Assembly (NCBI GenBank): GCA_026400735.1 | Contig: JAPLOL010000111.1 | Coordinates: 1,680-65,679 of the forward strand | Length of the DNA stretch: 64,000 nt | From: Alphaproteobacteria bacterium | GTDB taxonomy: Bacteria > Pseudomonadota > Alphaproteobacteria > Caulobacterales > Aquidulcibacteraceae | Direction: 5' to 3' | Shown: piece by piece, positions 1 through 11,670 of the stretch | How positions within the stretch are numbered: the first letter of the stretch is position 1 | How the letters are laid out: every line of letters starts with the position of its first letter | Made by a program: the position numbers and the translations under genes | The notes under the pieces: generated by a model | Database searches by the model: none | What the model saw: the letters and a program-made list of their open reading frames with translations, nothing else | Told to the model about the DNA's origin: nothing

Positions 1-1
1 T

Positions 2-1033
2 ATTCAGCCGAACATCATTCTGTGCCGTTGCGATCGCCCGATCCCGGAAGACGAGAAGCGCAAGATCGCGCTCTTCTGCAACGTTCGCGAAAGCTCAGTC
101 ATCGAAGCGCGCGATCTGCAGACGATCTATGAAGCGCCGATTGCCTATCACTTCGCCGGTTTAGATACCGAATTGCTGCGCCATTTCGGTGTGAACGTCG
201 CCCCACAGCCCGATCTGACAAAATGGGACACGATCGTGAAGCGCCTGAAGGCGCCTGACGGTGAAGTTACGATCGGCGTCGTCGGCAAATACACCGAGCT
301 TAAAGACGCATATAAATCGCTGATTGAGGCGCTCTATCACGGTGGCGTCGCCAACAACGTCAAAGTGAATCTTCGCTGGATCGAGTCAGAGAAGTTCGAA
401 GAGCTCGGCGACGCGTGGCACGAGGATTTGCACGGCGTGCACGGTATTCTCGTGCCGGGCGGCTTTGGCGAGCGCGGCACGGAAGGCAAGATCGCCGCCG
501 TGCAATTCGCGCGCGAACACAATGCGCCGTTCTTCGGTATCTGCTTCGGCATGCAGATGGCCTGCATTGAGGCTGCTCGCAATCAGGCGGGCCTCAAGGG
601 CGCAAGCTCCTCGGAATTCGGCGCCGCCAAACATCCGATCGTCGGCCTGATGACGGAATGGCTGAAAGGCAACGAACTGGAAAAGCGGGCCGCCGAAGGT
701 GATCTCGGTGGAACCATGCGTCTCGGCGCCTTTAAGGCGGCGCTTGATCCGGAAAGCAAAGTGGCGGCCATCTACGGTGAAACGGAGATCAGCGAACGGC
801 ATCGCCACCGCTTCGAAGTGAACACGCGCTACCGCGACAAGCTCGAAGCCGCAGGCCTCATCTTCTCGGGCATGAGCCCGGATGGATTGCTGCCTGAAAT
901 TGTCGAGCGACGCGACCATCCTTGGTTCATCGGCGTGCAGTATCACCCCGAACTGAAGAGCCGCCCCTTCGAACCGCACCCTCTGTTCGCGAGTTTCATT
1001 GCCGCCGCGGTGGAGCAATCGCGGCTCGTTTGA
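2..1033 (+). CDS. pyrG: CTP synthase, C-terminal part (5' end outside window)
   Basis: The frame is open from the window edge ([28 protein letters not shown]...). Glutamine amidotransferase domain motifs [21 protein letters not shown] (Cys nucleophile) and HRHRFEVN are present. Confidence 0.95.
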   Translation: MQPNIILCRCDRPIPEDEKRKIALFCNVRESSVIEARDLQTIYEAPIAYHFAGLDTELLRHFGVNVAPQPDLTKWDTIVKRLKAPDGEVTIGVVGKYTELKDAYKSLIEALYHGGVANNVKVNLRWIESEKFEELGDAWHEDLHGVHGILVPGGFGERGTEGKIAAVQFAREHNAPFFGICFGMQMACIEAARNQAGLKGASSSEFGAAKHPIVGLMTEWLKGNELEKRAAEGDLGGTMRLGAFKAALDPESKVAAIYGETEISERHRHRFEVNTRYRDKLEAAGLIFSGMSPDGLLPEIVERRDHPWFIGVQYHPELKSRPFEPHPLFASFIAAAVEQSRLV

Positions 1034-1079
1034 GACGTTTTTCATCGACACGCTGCGCCGGTCCCACTAGGCGGGTTTC

Positions 1080-1640
1080 ATGATCTCGCTCTGGATTTTT
1101 GCGACCCAAGCCGCCACCGATGCGGCGCAACCCGGAACCGGTGGCGGCACAGTCGTTGCGCTGTTCATCATCGTGGCGGCTGTTGGACTCTGGTTTGCTC
1201 TGCGCACATTCGTACGAGGCCTCCAAGCCAATAAAACCCAAACCGCTACCCGCGGCGATTTCTCCGGCTATGCTCTTGAGGCGCTGGTCAACGCTGCCAA
1301 ACTCGATGGTCGTGTCAACGACGAGGAAAAACGCGCCATCGTAGTGGCAATGCGTGAGATCGCGGGCGAGGCTTACGAAGCGGCGAAAGTGGAAGAATGC
1401 TTCGCACGTGTAGGCCTCAATAAGGCTGAACTTGTCTCGTTTCTGGCGGCGCGCTCAACCGCGTTCACGCGAGATCAAAAAGTGTCGTTGCTGAAGGCGT
1501 TGATGGCCGTATTCGTCTCTGACGGAAAGTTCGATGAAGCCGAACATAGCGCGCTGATGGACTACACTGCGGCAATTGGATTCGATCGCGAAGGCGCCCC
1601 GCAATTGCTGCGTAGCTTCACCCGCGGCAGCATCACCTAA
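1080..1640 (+). CDS. membrane-anchored TerB-like (tellurite-resistance-type) domain protein
   Basis: One N-terminal TM helix is followed by a helical domain. It carries the paired acidic motifs AAKLDGRVNDEEKRAI and VSDGKFDEAEHSAL typical of TerB-type domains. Confidence 0.55.
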   Translation: MISLWIFATQAATDAAQPGTGGGTVVALFIIVAAVGLWFALRTFVRGLQANKTQTATRGDFSGYALEALVNAAKLDGRVNDEEKRAIVVAMREIAGEAYEAAKVEECFARVGLNKAELVSFLAARSTAFTRDQKVSLLKALMAVFVSDGKFDEAEHSALMDYTAAIGFDREGAPQLLRSFTRGSIT

Positions 1641-2485
1641 GTCGTAACGCGTTGCGCAAACGCCGTGACGTCCGCAAGCGTCGGCGCGCGTCCGCGGAGC
1701 GGGCGCGAGAGCGCCAGCATGATATCGACGTGATTTACGCCTGGATAAGTCTTCGTCTCGACCTCTGCGCCCACGGAACGCATCGCCGCGTCTAAGCTGC
1801 GGAGATTGCGCGGTCCCACAGTCGTGTCTGCCTCGCCCCAGAGCAGCAGCAGAGGCGGCGCGTCCGTTCGGGCAAAATGCACTGGCTGAGTTAGTGCCGT
1901 ATCGGGCGCCTGCCCGAATGCGTTGCGCGTCGCATCCACATCGAACGGCAAGAAATCATATGGCCCGGACAGCCCGACAGCGCCTCGCACCCGTGTGGAG
2001 TCAACGCCAGCGTCGCGCAAGAAGTGCGCGTCAAGCGCAAGCATCATGACGTTGTAAGCGCCGGCAGAGTGTCCAACGAGCAAGATGCGCGAAGGATCGC
2101 CGCCATGGTCCTGCGCGTGTTCGGTGACCCAACGTACGGCGGCAGCACAGTCTTCAATGAACGTTGGAAATCGCACCGTTGGCACGAGCTGATAGTCAGG
2201 GATGACAGTCACGAAACCACGTGATGCGAGTGCGGCGCCGGCGAATGCGTAGTCGTTCTTCGAGCCAGAACTCCATGAGCCGCCATAGATGAAGACGATC
2301 ACCGGCAGCTGCGTGGCGCCTCGCGGTGCGTACACATCCAGCTTGTGCCGAGGTCCGTCTCCATACGGCAGGTCGCGGGCCGATCGAGCCGCCCCCGCGT
2401 CGCGCGGCGCGACCGCGTTGAAGGCGCCCAAAGAGGGGGTGCAGGCAGCTGCGAGGGAGGCGAGGAGGATGGTTCGGCGGTGCAT
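1637..2485 (-). CDS. alpha/beta hydrolase (esterase/lipase family), lipoprotein-type signal
   Basis: It has the GxSxG nucleophile elbow VGHSAGAY and an oxyanion-type IYGGSW. I moved the start to the internal ATG at 2485, which gives the signal MHRRTILLASLAAAC. Confidence 0.8.
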   Translation of the reverse strand: MHRRTILLASLAAACTPSLGAFNAVAPRDAGAARSARDLPYGDGPRHKLDVYAPRGATQLPVIVFIYGGSWSSGSKNDYAFAGAALASRGFVTVIPDYQLVPTVRFPTFIEDCAAAVRWVTEHAQDHGGDPSRILLVGHSAGAYNVMMLALDAHFLRDAGVDSTRVRGAVGLSGPYDFLPFDVDATRNAFGQAPDTALTQPVHFARTDAPPLLLLWGEADTTVGPRNLRSLDAAMRSVGAEVETKTYPGVNHVDIMLALSRPLRGRAPTLADVTAFAQRVTT

Positions 2486-2599
2486 TTGCCACCCATACGT
2501 CTTTCCGCGGTCCCTGGATGCATCCAATCCCTCCTCAGACAGCATCCCCTAGCCAACAGACGGGCAAACTGCGCCCGACGGCATCTAGGGGAAAACACC

Positions 2600-3211
2600 A
2601 TGAAACTGCTTTTGGCGACATCCGCCCTGGTCCTGGCAAGCGCCGGCGTCGCACATGCAGAAGTCCGCAATTTTTCAGGGTTCACCAAAGTCGAGGCTAA
2701 CGCCGGTACTGACGTGCAGGTGGCCGTCGGCGCCGTCTTTCGTGTCGAAGTCACTGGCCGCGACGCCGATCGGATCGTGACGCGCATCCAGGGTGACACG
2801 CTGGTCGTCGAACCGGTGCGTGGTTGGTCGTGGCGTGGGCGGCAAGCGAACATTCGCGTGACAATGCCGCGCGTTGAGGCGCTCTCGGCTTCAAGCGGCG
2901 CCGATCTTGTCGCCAGCGGCGTCAGCGGCGGCGACATCTCCCTTGATTCGTCTTCCGGCGCCGACCTTCGCGTAAGCGGCACATGCGCCAACTTCACGGC
3001 TGACGCCTCTAGCGGATCCGACATCGACGCGCGCCAGTTGCGTTGCGAAAACGGCAGCGTGGACGTCTCGTCCGGCGCAGATGCGCGCGTGTTCGCAAGC
3101 GGCCGGCTCAACGTCGACGCCTCTAGCGGCGGCGGTGTTGTCGCCTACGGCAATCCCGGCATCGGCAACATCGATCTCTCGTCTGGCGGTTCGCTCCGCC
3201 GCGCTGACTAA
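2600..3211 (+). CDS. DUF2807/GIN-type putative adhesin-head beta-helix protein, secreted
   Basis: The internal ATG at 2600 gives the signal peptide MKLLLATSALVLASAGVAHA. Repetitive SSGADL/SSGSDI/SSGGGV beta-helix-like repeats follow, and the gene is a paralogue of the next gene. Confidence 0.6.
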   Translation: MKLLLATSALVLASAGVAHAEVRNFSGFTKVEANAGTDVQVAVGAVFRVEVTGRDADRIVTRIQGDTLVVEPVRGWSWRGRQANIRVTMPRVEALSASSGADLVASGVSGGDISLDSSSGADLRVSGTCANFTADASSGSDIDARQLRCENGSVDVSSGADARVFASGRLNVDASSGGGVVAYGNPGIGNIDLSSGGSLRRAD

Positions 3212-3223
3212 GGAGTTTACACT

Positions 3224-3841
3224 ATGCGCAGCCTTCTCATCACGAGCGCCGTTCTGATCGCGCTCTCCGGCGTCGCCAACGCGGAAGTCCGGCGTGTCTC
3301 CGGATTTACCGGCGTATCCGCATCCGATCGCATCCGCGTAGAGGTGGCGGTTGGTGAGACCTATCGCGTCGAAGTGCTTGGTTCCGACGCGGACAAGGTC
3401 ACCACGCGCGTCGACGATGGTTCACTCATCATCCGGCGAACACACCGCCCGTTCTGGGGTGGCACGCCGCCGATCGACGCTACAGTGCGTGTTACCATGC
3501 CGGCTGTTGAAAGCCTCGGGTCGTCACGTGGCGCTGAACTCACCGCCGCCGACTTAACCTCCGCGCACTTGTCGCTTGCAGCGGCGATGGGTGGCGAACT
3601 TCGCGTCACCGGTACGTGTACAGACCTCGACGCAGCCGTCTCCATGGGGGGCGTCATCCGCGCCGAAGGCCTGGAATGCCGCGACGCTGATCTTGCCGCT
3701 TCAATGGGCGGCGACGCCCGTGTCTTCGTTTCGAACCGCTACGATGCCGCCGCCTCGATGGGGGGCTCGATCAACGTCTCGGGCGGCGGCCGAAGCGGTG
3801 ATATCGCGACCTCGATGGGCGGTTCGGTCGACGGCCACTAA
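3224..3841 (+). CDS. DUF2807/GIN-type putative adhesin-head protein (tandem paralogue)
   Basis: It has the signal MRSLLITSAVLIALSGVANA and the same EVRxxSGFTxV...V(E/L)V.G.DAD...TR opening as 2600..3211. It contains a repeated SMGG motif. Confidence 0.6.
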   Translation: MRSLLITSAVLIALSGVANAEVRRVSGFTGVSASDRIRVEVAVGETYRVEVLGSDADKVTTRVDDGSLIIRRTHRPFWGGTPPIDATVRVTMPAVESLGSSRGAELTAADLTSAHLSLAAAMGGELRVTGTCTDLDAAVSMGGVIRAEGLECRDADLAASMGGDARVFVSNRYDAAASMGGSINVSGGGRSGDIATSMGGSVDGH

Positions 3842-3868
3842 GCTGGGAACTTCAGCGGCGGGATCGCG

Positions 3869-4774
3869 TTGGTTCCCGCCATGCAACCTGCCGCTGAAGC
3901 TTCCTCCGCGCCTACACGCGCCTCTGTTGGCGTTCGACGCGCCCTAGTGTTGCTGAATGAAAAGGCCGGGAGCGTCGGCCCTAAGGCCGGCGCCCAGCTC
4001 ATTGATGCGTTAAACGCCGCCGGCGTCGAACAATTCACCATCGTTGACGCAACGCGGATGTCACGTCGCCATTTCCAGCGCGCCTCGCAGTTTGACGCAA
4101 TCGTTGTCCTTGGAGGCGATGGAACCGCGCGTCACGCCGCCGAATTGGCGCCGCGCGATGGTCCGCCGCTCATTCTGCTTCCCGGTGGCACACTGAATAT
4201 CTTGCCCAAGGCTCTTTACGGTGATCTCGCATGGCCAGAGGCGATCAAGGCGGTGCTGGAACGCGGCGTAGAACTGCGATTGCCGGTTGGCCGCGCAAAC
4301 GGTGAAGCGTTCTATGTGGCGGGCCTTTTTGGTCCGACTACATTGCTTGCGCTGGCGCGGGAATCCGTTCGCGAGGGCAAGCCGTTAAAGGCCCTGCAGC
4401 GTCTACGCCATGCGCTCAATCGATCGTTCACACGGTCCATTCGCGCTCGCGCTGGCAACGCTAAAATGCGTAAGGCCGAGGGGATTGGCGTGCTGTTGCC
4501 AAGCTTCTCTGGCGGTATCGAGTCTGATCATCTTGAGTGGGTGCGTCTCGACGCCCGACACTTCCTGGACCTCGCGCGGGTCTCACTGCGTGCAATTACA
4601 GCCGATTGGCGGAACGACCGATCTGTTGAGATCAGCGAGACCGAAACGGGCGATATCTATGCCGCAGGCATCATCCCGGCCACACTGGACGGTGAACCGC
4701 GCACGTTCATCTCGAATGTGCGCATAACCTTTGACAAACGTGGCCCAAAAGTATTGGCGCTAGCAGCGGAGTAG
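3869..4774 (+). CDS. diacylglycerol/lipid kinase family protein (DAGK catalytic domain)
   Basis: It has the VVLGGDGTARHAA motif and LPGGTLN, characteristic of the YegS/DAGK catalytic fold. Confidence 0.75.
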   Translation: MVPAMQPAAEASSAPTRASVGVRRALVLLNEKAGSVGPKAGAQLIDALNAAGVEQFTIVDATRMSRRHFQRASQFDAIVVLGGDGTARHAAELAPRDGPPLILLPGGTLNILPKALYGDLAWPEAIKAVLERGVELRLPVGRANGEAFYVAGLFGPTTLLALARESVREGKPLKALQRLRHALNRSFTRSIRARAGNAKMRKAEGIGVLLPSFSGGIESDHLEWVRLDARHFLDLARVSLRAITADWRNDRSVEISETETGDIYAAGIIPATLDGEPRTFISNVRITFDKRGPKVLALAAE

Positions 4775-4777
4775 GCG

Positions 4778-5605
4778 TTGCAGATCGTCCATTTCACCGA
4801 CCTGCACTTTGGGTGCGAAGACAAGAATGCGCTCGATGCCGCCGCAAAGTACGTCCGCAATCTGAAGCCCGACGCCGTTATTGTAACGGGCGACATTTCG
4901 AAGGATGGTTTGGCCACCGAACTCAACGCTGCGTGCGACTGGATTCGAAGTCTTGAGGCGCCGGCGATGCTGACGCCGGGCAATCACGATGTGCCGTACT
5001 ACGAAATGTGGGGCCGCCTGTTCTATCCTTGGGATCGCATTCGCAGCGCTCAGCATGGCATTCAATGCGACGCGTGGCACACCGATTTGTGGAGCATTGT
5101 GCCAATCAACACCGCGCGGGCGTGGCAGTTTCGAATGAACTGGGCGCAGGGGGAAATCTCACGCGGCCAAACTGCGATCGCCGCTGCCGAGCTGCAACGC
5201 GCTAAACCTGGTGCGCTTCGCATCATCATAACACACCATCCACTGGATTGGCCGAACGATGCGCCAATCAAGGGTGTTACTCGCGGCGGTGTTCGGGGGC
5301 TGCGCAAACTCGCCGATGCAGGCGCGGAACTGTTCCTCGCCGGCCATCTCCATTTCGCCAGCGCGCGTCTGTTCGAGACCCGAGCGCTATCGATCGTAAG
5401 CGGCACGCTTTCTCGGCGCGTTCGACACGAACCTTGTGCGTTCACGGTCATCCGCCGCCCGGAGCCAAAGGTCATTGAGACGGAGGTCGTGCACATTAAG
5501 CAAGGTGTGTGCGAAACCGCCAGCACACGCCAGTTTCGCCTAGATGTGCCGCAAGATCCCGGTGCGCCCGCTGTGATCCGCGCGCAACCGGCGTCGCCCA
5601 GCTAA
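4778..5605 (+). CDS. metallophosphoesterase
   Basis: It has the calcineurin-like motifs FTDLHFG, TGDIS, PGNHD and THHP. The start is an alternative (TTG) codon. Confidence 0.8.
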   Translation: MQIVHFTDLHFGCEDKNALDAAAKYVRNLKPDAVIVTGDISKDGLATELNAACDWIRSLEAPAMLTPGNHDVPYYEMWGRLFYPWDRIRSAQHGIQCDAWHTDLWSIVPINTARAWQFRMNWAQGEISRGQTAIAAAELQRAKPGALRIIITHHPLDWPNDAPIKGVTRGGVRGLRKLADAGAELFLAGHLHFASARLFETRALSIVSGTLSRRVRHEPCAFTVIRRPEPKVIETEVVHIKQGVCETASTRQFRLDVPQDPGAPAVIRAQPASPS

Positions 5606-5630
5606 CTCCCGCGCGCATCGATATCGTGAC

Positions 5631-6074
5631 CTAGGCGCGTCCTTCGACTGATTGGCTGCGTTCGCCACCGGGCCGCGTTATGCCTTCCAGAGCTTCGCCA
5701 GCTTCGTCAGCGCGCGCCTCGGCGAGATCCGCCAATGAAATGATCCCGATCAGACGCTTGTCGACATCCACGACCGGCAAACGCCGCACCTGTTTTTCCG
5801 CCATGTTCTCGGCGATGTGCCCGATGTCTTCGTCTTCGTGGCAATAGAGCACGTCGAGCGTCATTACTTCGCTCACCAATGCGTCCGGTCCTCGGCCGAT
5901 CGCAACGGCGCGCACGGCGATGTCACGGTCGGTGACCATGCCGGCTAGCCGGTCGCCGTCTGAGACGGGGAGGGCGCCGATATCGCACTCGCCCATTATC
6001 CGCGCCGCTTCACGTATGGTGGTGTCCGGGCTGACCGTCTTCACGTCGCGGCTCATCGCATCTCGCACCAGCAT
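5631..6074 (-). CDS. CBS-domain pair protein
   Basis: It contains two CBS repeats (MSRDVKTVSPDTTIREAARIM...GALPV and VMTLDVLYCHEDEDIGHIAENM...RLPVV). I chose the start at the internal ATG (MLVRDAM). Confidence 0.85.
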   Translation of the reverse strand: MLVRDAMSRDVKTVSPDTTIREAARIMGECDIGALPVSDGDRLAGMVTDRDIAVRAVAIGRGPDALVSEVMTLDVLYCHEDEDIGHIAENMAEKQVRRLPVVDVDKRLIGIISLADLAEARADEAGEALEGITRPGGERSQSVEGRA

Positions 6075-6205
6075 CTTTTGCTCCTCGCAGCGCCACACCC
6101 ATCTGGCCAACGGTGGTCGCGCGCTGGGGTTCCCGGTTTCGACCTGTGATCCTGGTCACGTGCATCCGCGCGGGCCGCCACGACATCTCTCTTCTGAGGA
6201 GAACC

Positions 6206-6322
6206 ATGAGCGACGATACCCAAGGCCCCGAGTCTGATGCCGCCGCATGGGGCGCGGTGGCCGCGCTTGCCTTCGGCGTCGGGATCCTCTGTCTGGTGGT
6301 TTTTGCGGTTTTTGGCGCCTGA
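6206..6322 (+). CDS. 38-aa small membrane protein (hypothetical)
   Basis: A GAGGAG Shine-Dalgarno lies 4 nt upstream of the ATG at 6206. The product [38 protein letters not shown] has one TM helix. Confidence 0.35.
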   Translation: MSDDTQGPESDAAAWGAVAALAFGVGILCLVVFAVFGA

Positions 6323-6426
6323 TACCGCCCTGGAGCAGGGCTCCCAGGCTTGCCCCGAACCCGCCTTTGGCCTATCAGCCCCGCTTTCCCGAGCGCAGAG
6401 GCCCGGGAACCAGGAGTTTTCCGGCC

Positions 6427-6609
6427 ATGGCCGTTCCGAAGCGAAAAACTACCCCGTCCCGCCGTGGCATGCGCCGCGCTCACGATAAGCTGGCCAAGAA
6501 TACCTACGTGGCCGACGCCGAGTCAGGCGAGTTGCGCCGCCCGCACCACATCGACCTCAAGACCGGCCGTTATCGCGGCAAGCAAGTCCTGAAGCCGAAG
6601 GAAGACTGA
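6427..6609 (+). CDS. rpmF: 50S ribosomal protein L32
   Basis: The internal ATG gives [19 protein letters not shown], the canonical L32 N-terminus (60 aa). Confidence 0.95.
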   Translation: MAVPKRKTTPSRRGMRRAHDKLAKNTYVADAESGELRRPHHIDLKTGRYRGKQVLKPKED

Positions 6610-6611
6610 GC

Positions 6612-7151
6612 GTGCGCGCTCTAGCGCTCGCTCTCATCCTTACACTTGGCGCCTGCCAGTGGGACCCACCGTCTCAGGGCGCGCGAGATGATTCCGTTCC
6701 GCCGCTGACCGTCGAGGGTTACGGCGACATGCGCATCGGCACGTCGCTCGCTGACGCACGTCGCATCTCCGGCCAGGCAATGACAAACACACCGCTCGAC
6801 GAAGAGACTTCGGGCGCGTGCGTTGAGCAAGAGTACGTGCTGCCTACCGGCGAGAAGCTTTGGCTGATGTTCGAAGGCGACGTGATCACGCGCATAACCG
6901 CCGGCTCGGAATCGCCAAGCACGCGCACTGCGCAAAATGTCGGCGTTGGTTCGACAGACGCTGAAGTGCGCGCCGCATACCAAAACGTGATCGAAGAAGG
7001 CGCGCACTACAATCCGCCGCCCGCGCACAACTTGATCATCTGGACGGCGCCCGATCAAAGCGGTTTGCTTTTCGAAGTGAGCGAGCAGGGCGTGGTTACT
7101 TCAGTCCACGCCGGCGGGCCCTCGATCCGCTATATGGAAGGCTGCGCATAA
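6612..7151 (+). CDS. hypothetical lipoprotein
   Basis: It has a lipobox signal MRALALALILTLGAC. I recognise no other domain. Confidence 0.55.
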   Translation: MRALALALILTLGACQWDPPSQGARDDSVPPLTVEGYGDMRIGTSLADARRISGQAMTNTPLDEETSGACVEQEYVLPTGEKLWLMFEGDVITRITAGSESPSTRTAQNVGVGSTDAEVRAAYQNVIEEGAHYNPPPAHNLIIWTAPDQSGLLFEVSEQGVVTSVHAGGPSIRYMEGCA

Positions 7152-7266
7152 GCAGCGCTCCCTGAAATCGTGTCCGGACACGCATTCCGGTCGTCCCGAC
7201 ACGGTTTCCTTCGCTACCCAAACCCGCTTCACTGCAAGCCTGAACGCACCTGAGTCTGAGGGCAGG

Positions 7267-9283
<2,017 letters not shown>

Positions 9284-9355
9284 GTCCCAAGTTCCGTCCC
9301 GCTTGCCATAGTCACGGCTCAACACCGGGCCTAGATTGCGGTAAGCGGAGGCGGT

Positions 9356-10963
9356 GTGGTTACGGCGACAATCGACAGAACCGAAACGCCCATCTGGCTG
9401 CGCGTTGGCGAGATCGTTCTTGCTGCGCTGATCTATTTCGCGCTCGCGCGCGCCAGTCTCTACTTTGCTTCGCTGAATGCAAGCGCCACCCCGATCTGGC
9501 CGCCGACAGGTCTCGCTATCGCGCTGCTGCTCATGCGCGGCAACATGTTGCTGCCCGCAATTATCGCCGGCGCCTTCGCCGCGAACTACGCGGTCACACC
9601 AAACATACCAACTGCTGCGATGATTGCCGTCGGCAACACGCTCGAAGCCTTCGTTGCGACATTGCTCGTTCGGCGCTGGGCGAAGGGCGAGCACGTTTTT
9701 CAATCGCCAATCGGCGTTGGAAAGTTCGCCGTCATTGTCACCGCGGCAGCGGCGCCGATCAGCGCCACGATCGGCGTCGTCGCGCTCGCCAGCACTGGCC
9801 ACGCTGCCTGGAGCCAGTTCACACCGATCTGGATCACTTGGTGGCTCGGCAATCTCGCGGGCGCCATTCTGACCACGCCCGCGCTCGTTCTATGGGCGCG
9901 TACGCTGCGCGGTGAAGAACCCGCGCCGCTTGCTGCCAATGCGCTCATCTCGTTTGCCTCGGCGTTGTTCATTGCGACGGTCGCGTTTAGTCCGATCTCG
10001 CCGGCGCCAGCCTCCGTCCGAAGCGCGCTCGCATTTCTTGTCATCATGCCGCTCTTGTGGTCCGCGCTTCGCTTAGGCCTGCGCGAAACTGCGACGATGG
10101 CATTGCTCATCTCCAGCTTCGCCGTTTGGGGCGTCATCGCCGGATCGAGCCCGTTCATTCAACCAACGCTGAACGCATCTTTGTTGATGCTCGTCACATT
10201 TATCGTGTCCGCAACGCTCCCAAGCCTGGCGCTCGCCGCCGAACGACACCAATCGCAAACGCTTCTCGATCAAACGCGCCACGAGCTTGTGCAGGCCCAA
10301 AAGCTTGAAGCTCTCGGCACGCTCACCAGCGGTGTCGCGCACGATTTCAATAATTTGCTCGCGGCCATCGGTGGCGGCATACGTCTGCTCGAACGCCAAA
10401 ACGAAGAGCGCGTGCGCACCATGGAAGCCGTGAGCCAAGCGCTCGAACGCGGCTCAGGCTTGACGCGACAGCTGCTAGCTTTCGCGCGCCGCGAGCCCCT
10501 CAAACTTGAGCGCATCGATACCACACAAGCGCTCGAAAGCGCTCACGGCCTTATCCGGTCTTCGATCAAGGATCACATCCGTTTCGAAATGCAGATCACG
10601 CCTGGCCTCTGGCCGGTGAAGGCAGATCGCAATCAATTGGAAGTCGCGCTTTTGAATCTCGCGGTGAATGCGCGCGACGCCATGCCCGAGGGCGGCGACC
10701 TTCTTGTGCAGGCCGAGAACATTGTCGCAGACGATCAAGAGAAGTGCCTCGCGATCAGCGTTGCCGATACTGGCGAGGGCATGAGCCAAGAAACGCTCGC
10801 CCGCGCCTTTGAACCTTTTTATTCGACCAAAGCCGCAGGTCACGGCACTGGCCTCGGTCTCGCGCAAGTCTACGGGTTCGCGACACAATGTGGCGGCAAG
10901 GTAAGCATCGACTCTGCGCTCGGGAGGGGCACCACCGTTACGATCACGCTGCCACGCGCCTAG
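9356..10963 (+). CDS. sensor histidine kinase with N-terminal MASE1-type membrane domain
   Basis: A multi-TM N-terminus carries ATPIWPPTGLAIALLL (MASE1-like). It also has the H-box GVAHDFNNLL and N/G boxes NLAVNARDAM and GTGLGLA. Confidence 0.85.
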   Translation: MVTATIDRTETPIWLRVGEIVLAALIYFALARASLYFASLNASATPIWPPTGLAIALLLMRGNMLLPAIIAGAFAANYAVTPNIPTAAMIAVGNTLEAFVATLLVRRWAKGEHVFQSPIGVGKFAVIVTAAAAPISATIGVVALASTGHAAWSQFTPIWITWWLGNLAGAILTTPALVLWARTLRGEEPAPLAANALISFASALFIATVAFSPISPAPASVRSALAFLVIMPLLWSALRLGLRETATMALLISSFAVWGVIAGSSPFIQPTLNASLLMLVTFIVSATLPSLALAAERHQSQTLLDQTRHELVQAQKLEALGTLTSGVAHDFNNLLAAIGGGIRLLERQNEERVRTMEAVSQALERGSGLTRQLLAFARREPLKLERIDTTQALESAHGLIRSSIKDHIRFEMQITPGLWPVKADRNQLEVALLNLAVNARDAMPEGGDLLVQAENIVADDQEKCLAISVADTGEGMSQETLARAFEPFYSTKAAGHGTGLGLAQVYGFATQCGGKVSIDSALGRGTTVTITLPRA

Positions 10964-11505
10964 CGCTTGCTGAGGGGCGGGGAATAGACGTGCAGCGTCA
11001 CCAGAACCGCGTCACCGTCATTGCCGAGCGAGTGCGTCATGGAACCAGGCGCGCGCGTCACGATGCCGGATTTCAATTCGCGCTCAATAAAACGCCGCTC
11101 GCCTTTGGTGGTCTCGCGCGAGCGATAGACGTGCTCATGCGCTAGGCCCTCAACGATGCGAACGATGCAGGTGGATTGCCCGTGATCGTGAACCGGGCTT
11201 CGTTGTCCTGGCTTCCAAGTCAGCGCCAACATCTCCACGCGCTCGTCGCGGTAGAGCAGAGTGCGGACGTAATTTGCGTCGTCCTCGCACACAGCAAAGC
11301 CCAACGCTTTCGCATCAACGCACATCATCTGAAGCGCTACCTCAATCGCGTCGAGATCGATTCTCTCCGGCGAACGCAGCAGCTGTACGAGTTCAGCCAC
11401 CACATCCGGGGGAACATGCGACAAATCCCGTTCGACGGGCTTGGCTGCTTCAGCGCGCTTTGCACGCGAAGCGACTGTTGGGATGTCGGGGCTCAGTTCC
11501 GTCAT
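10960..11505 (-). CDS. cysteine dioxygenase type I family cupin (thiol dioxygenase-like)
   Basis: It has the WKPGQRSPVHDHGQS metal-binding motif, a later H in MTHSL, and the LHVYSPPL tail typical of the CDO_I family. Confidence 0.7.
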   Translation of the reverse strand: MTELSPDIPTVASRAKRAEAAKPVERDLSHVPPDVVAELVQLLRSPERIDLDAIEVALQMMCVDAKALGFAVCEDDANYVRTLLYRDERVEMLALTWKPGQRSPVHDHGQSTCIVRIVEGLAHEHVYRSRETTKGERRFIERELKSGIVTRAPGSMTHSLGNDGDAVLVTLHVYSPPLSKR

Positions 11506-11670
11506 CTGTCACCTCGCGCACGAGCCTGACCCGGCACGCCGCGAACGCCAACCCAAGACGCTATTCAATTCTGGGAAGCGCGGACTCAACATCGCAGAGC
11601 AACAACATCCGCGCATAACTCGGGGCCGAGCCTTGCGTGACGCGCTCAAATCCGATGCGTCGCCGCCACA

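Noticed and set aside
386-1051. Long ORFs antisense to or out of frame with recognised genes. Examples are 386..1051 within pyrG, 2299..3111, 7895..8596 and 8597..9097 within eno, 36251..36943 and 36853..37629 within ntrY, 48254..49234, 49477..50262 and 51570..52478.
   Set aside because: Their translations are Arg/Ala/Pro/Ser-rich with no motifs. They overlap genes with clear conserved domains. These are typical shadow ORFs of high-GC DNA.
5078-5093. Sigma54-type promoter strings (TGGCAC-N5-TTGC-like), given the ntrBC/ntrYX genes. Hits lie at about 5078, 17908, 28775, 31861, 34928 and 49476.
   Set aside because: All hits are inside coding regions and none matches the full GG-N10-GC consensus in an intergenic position.
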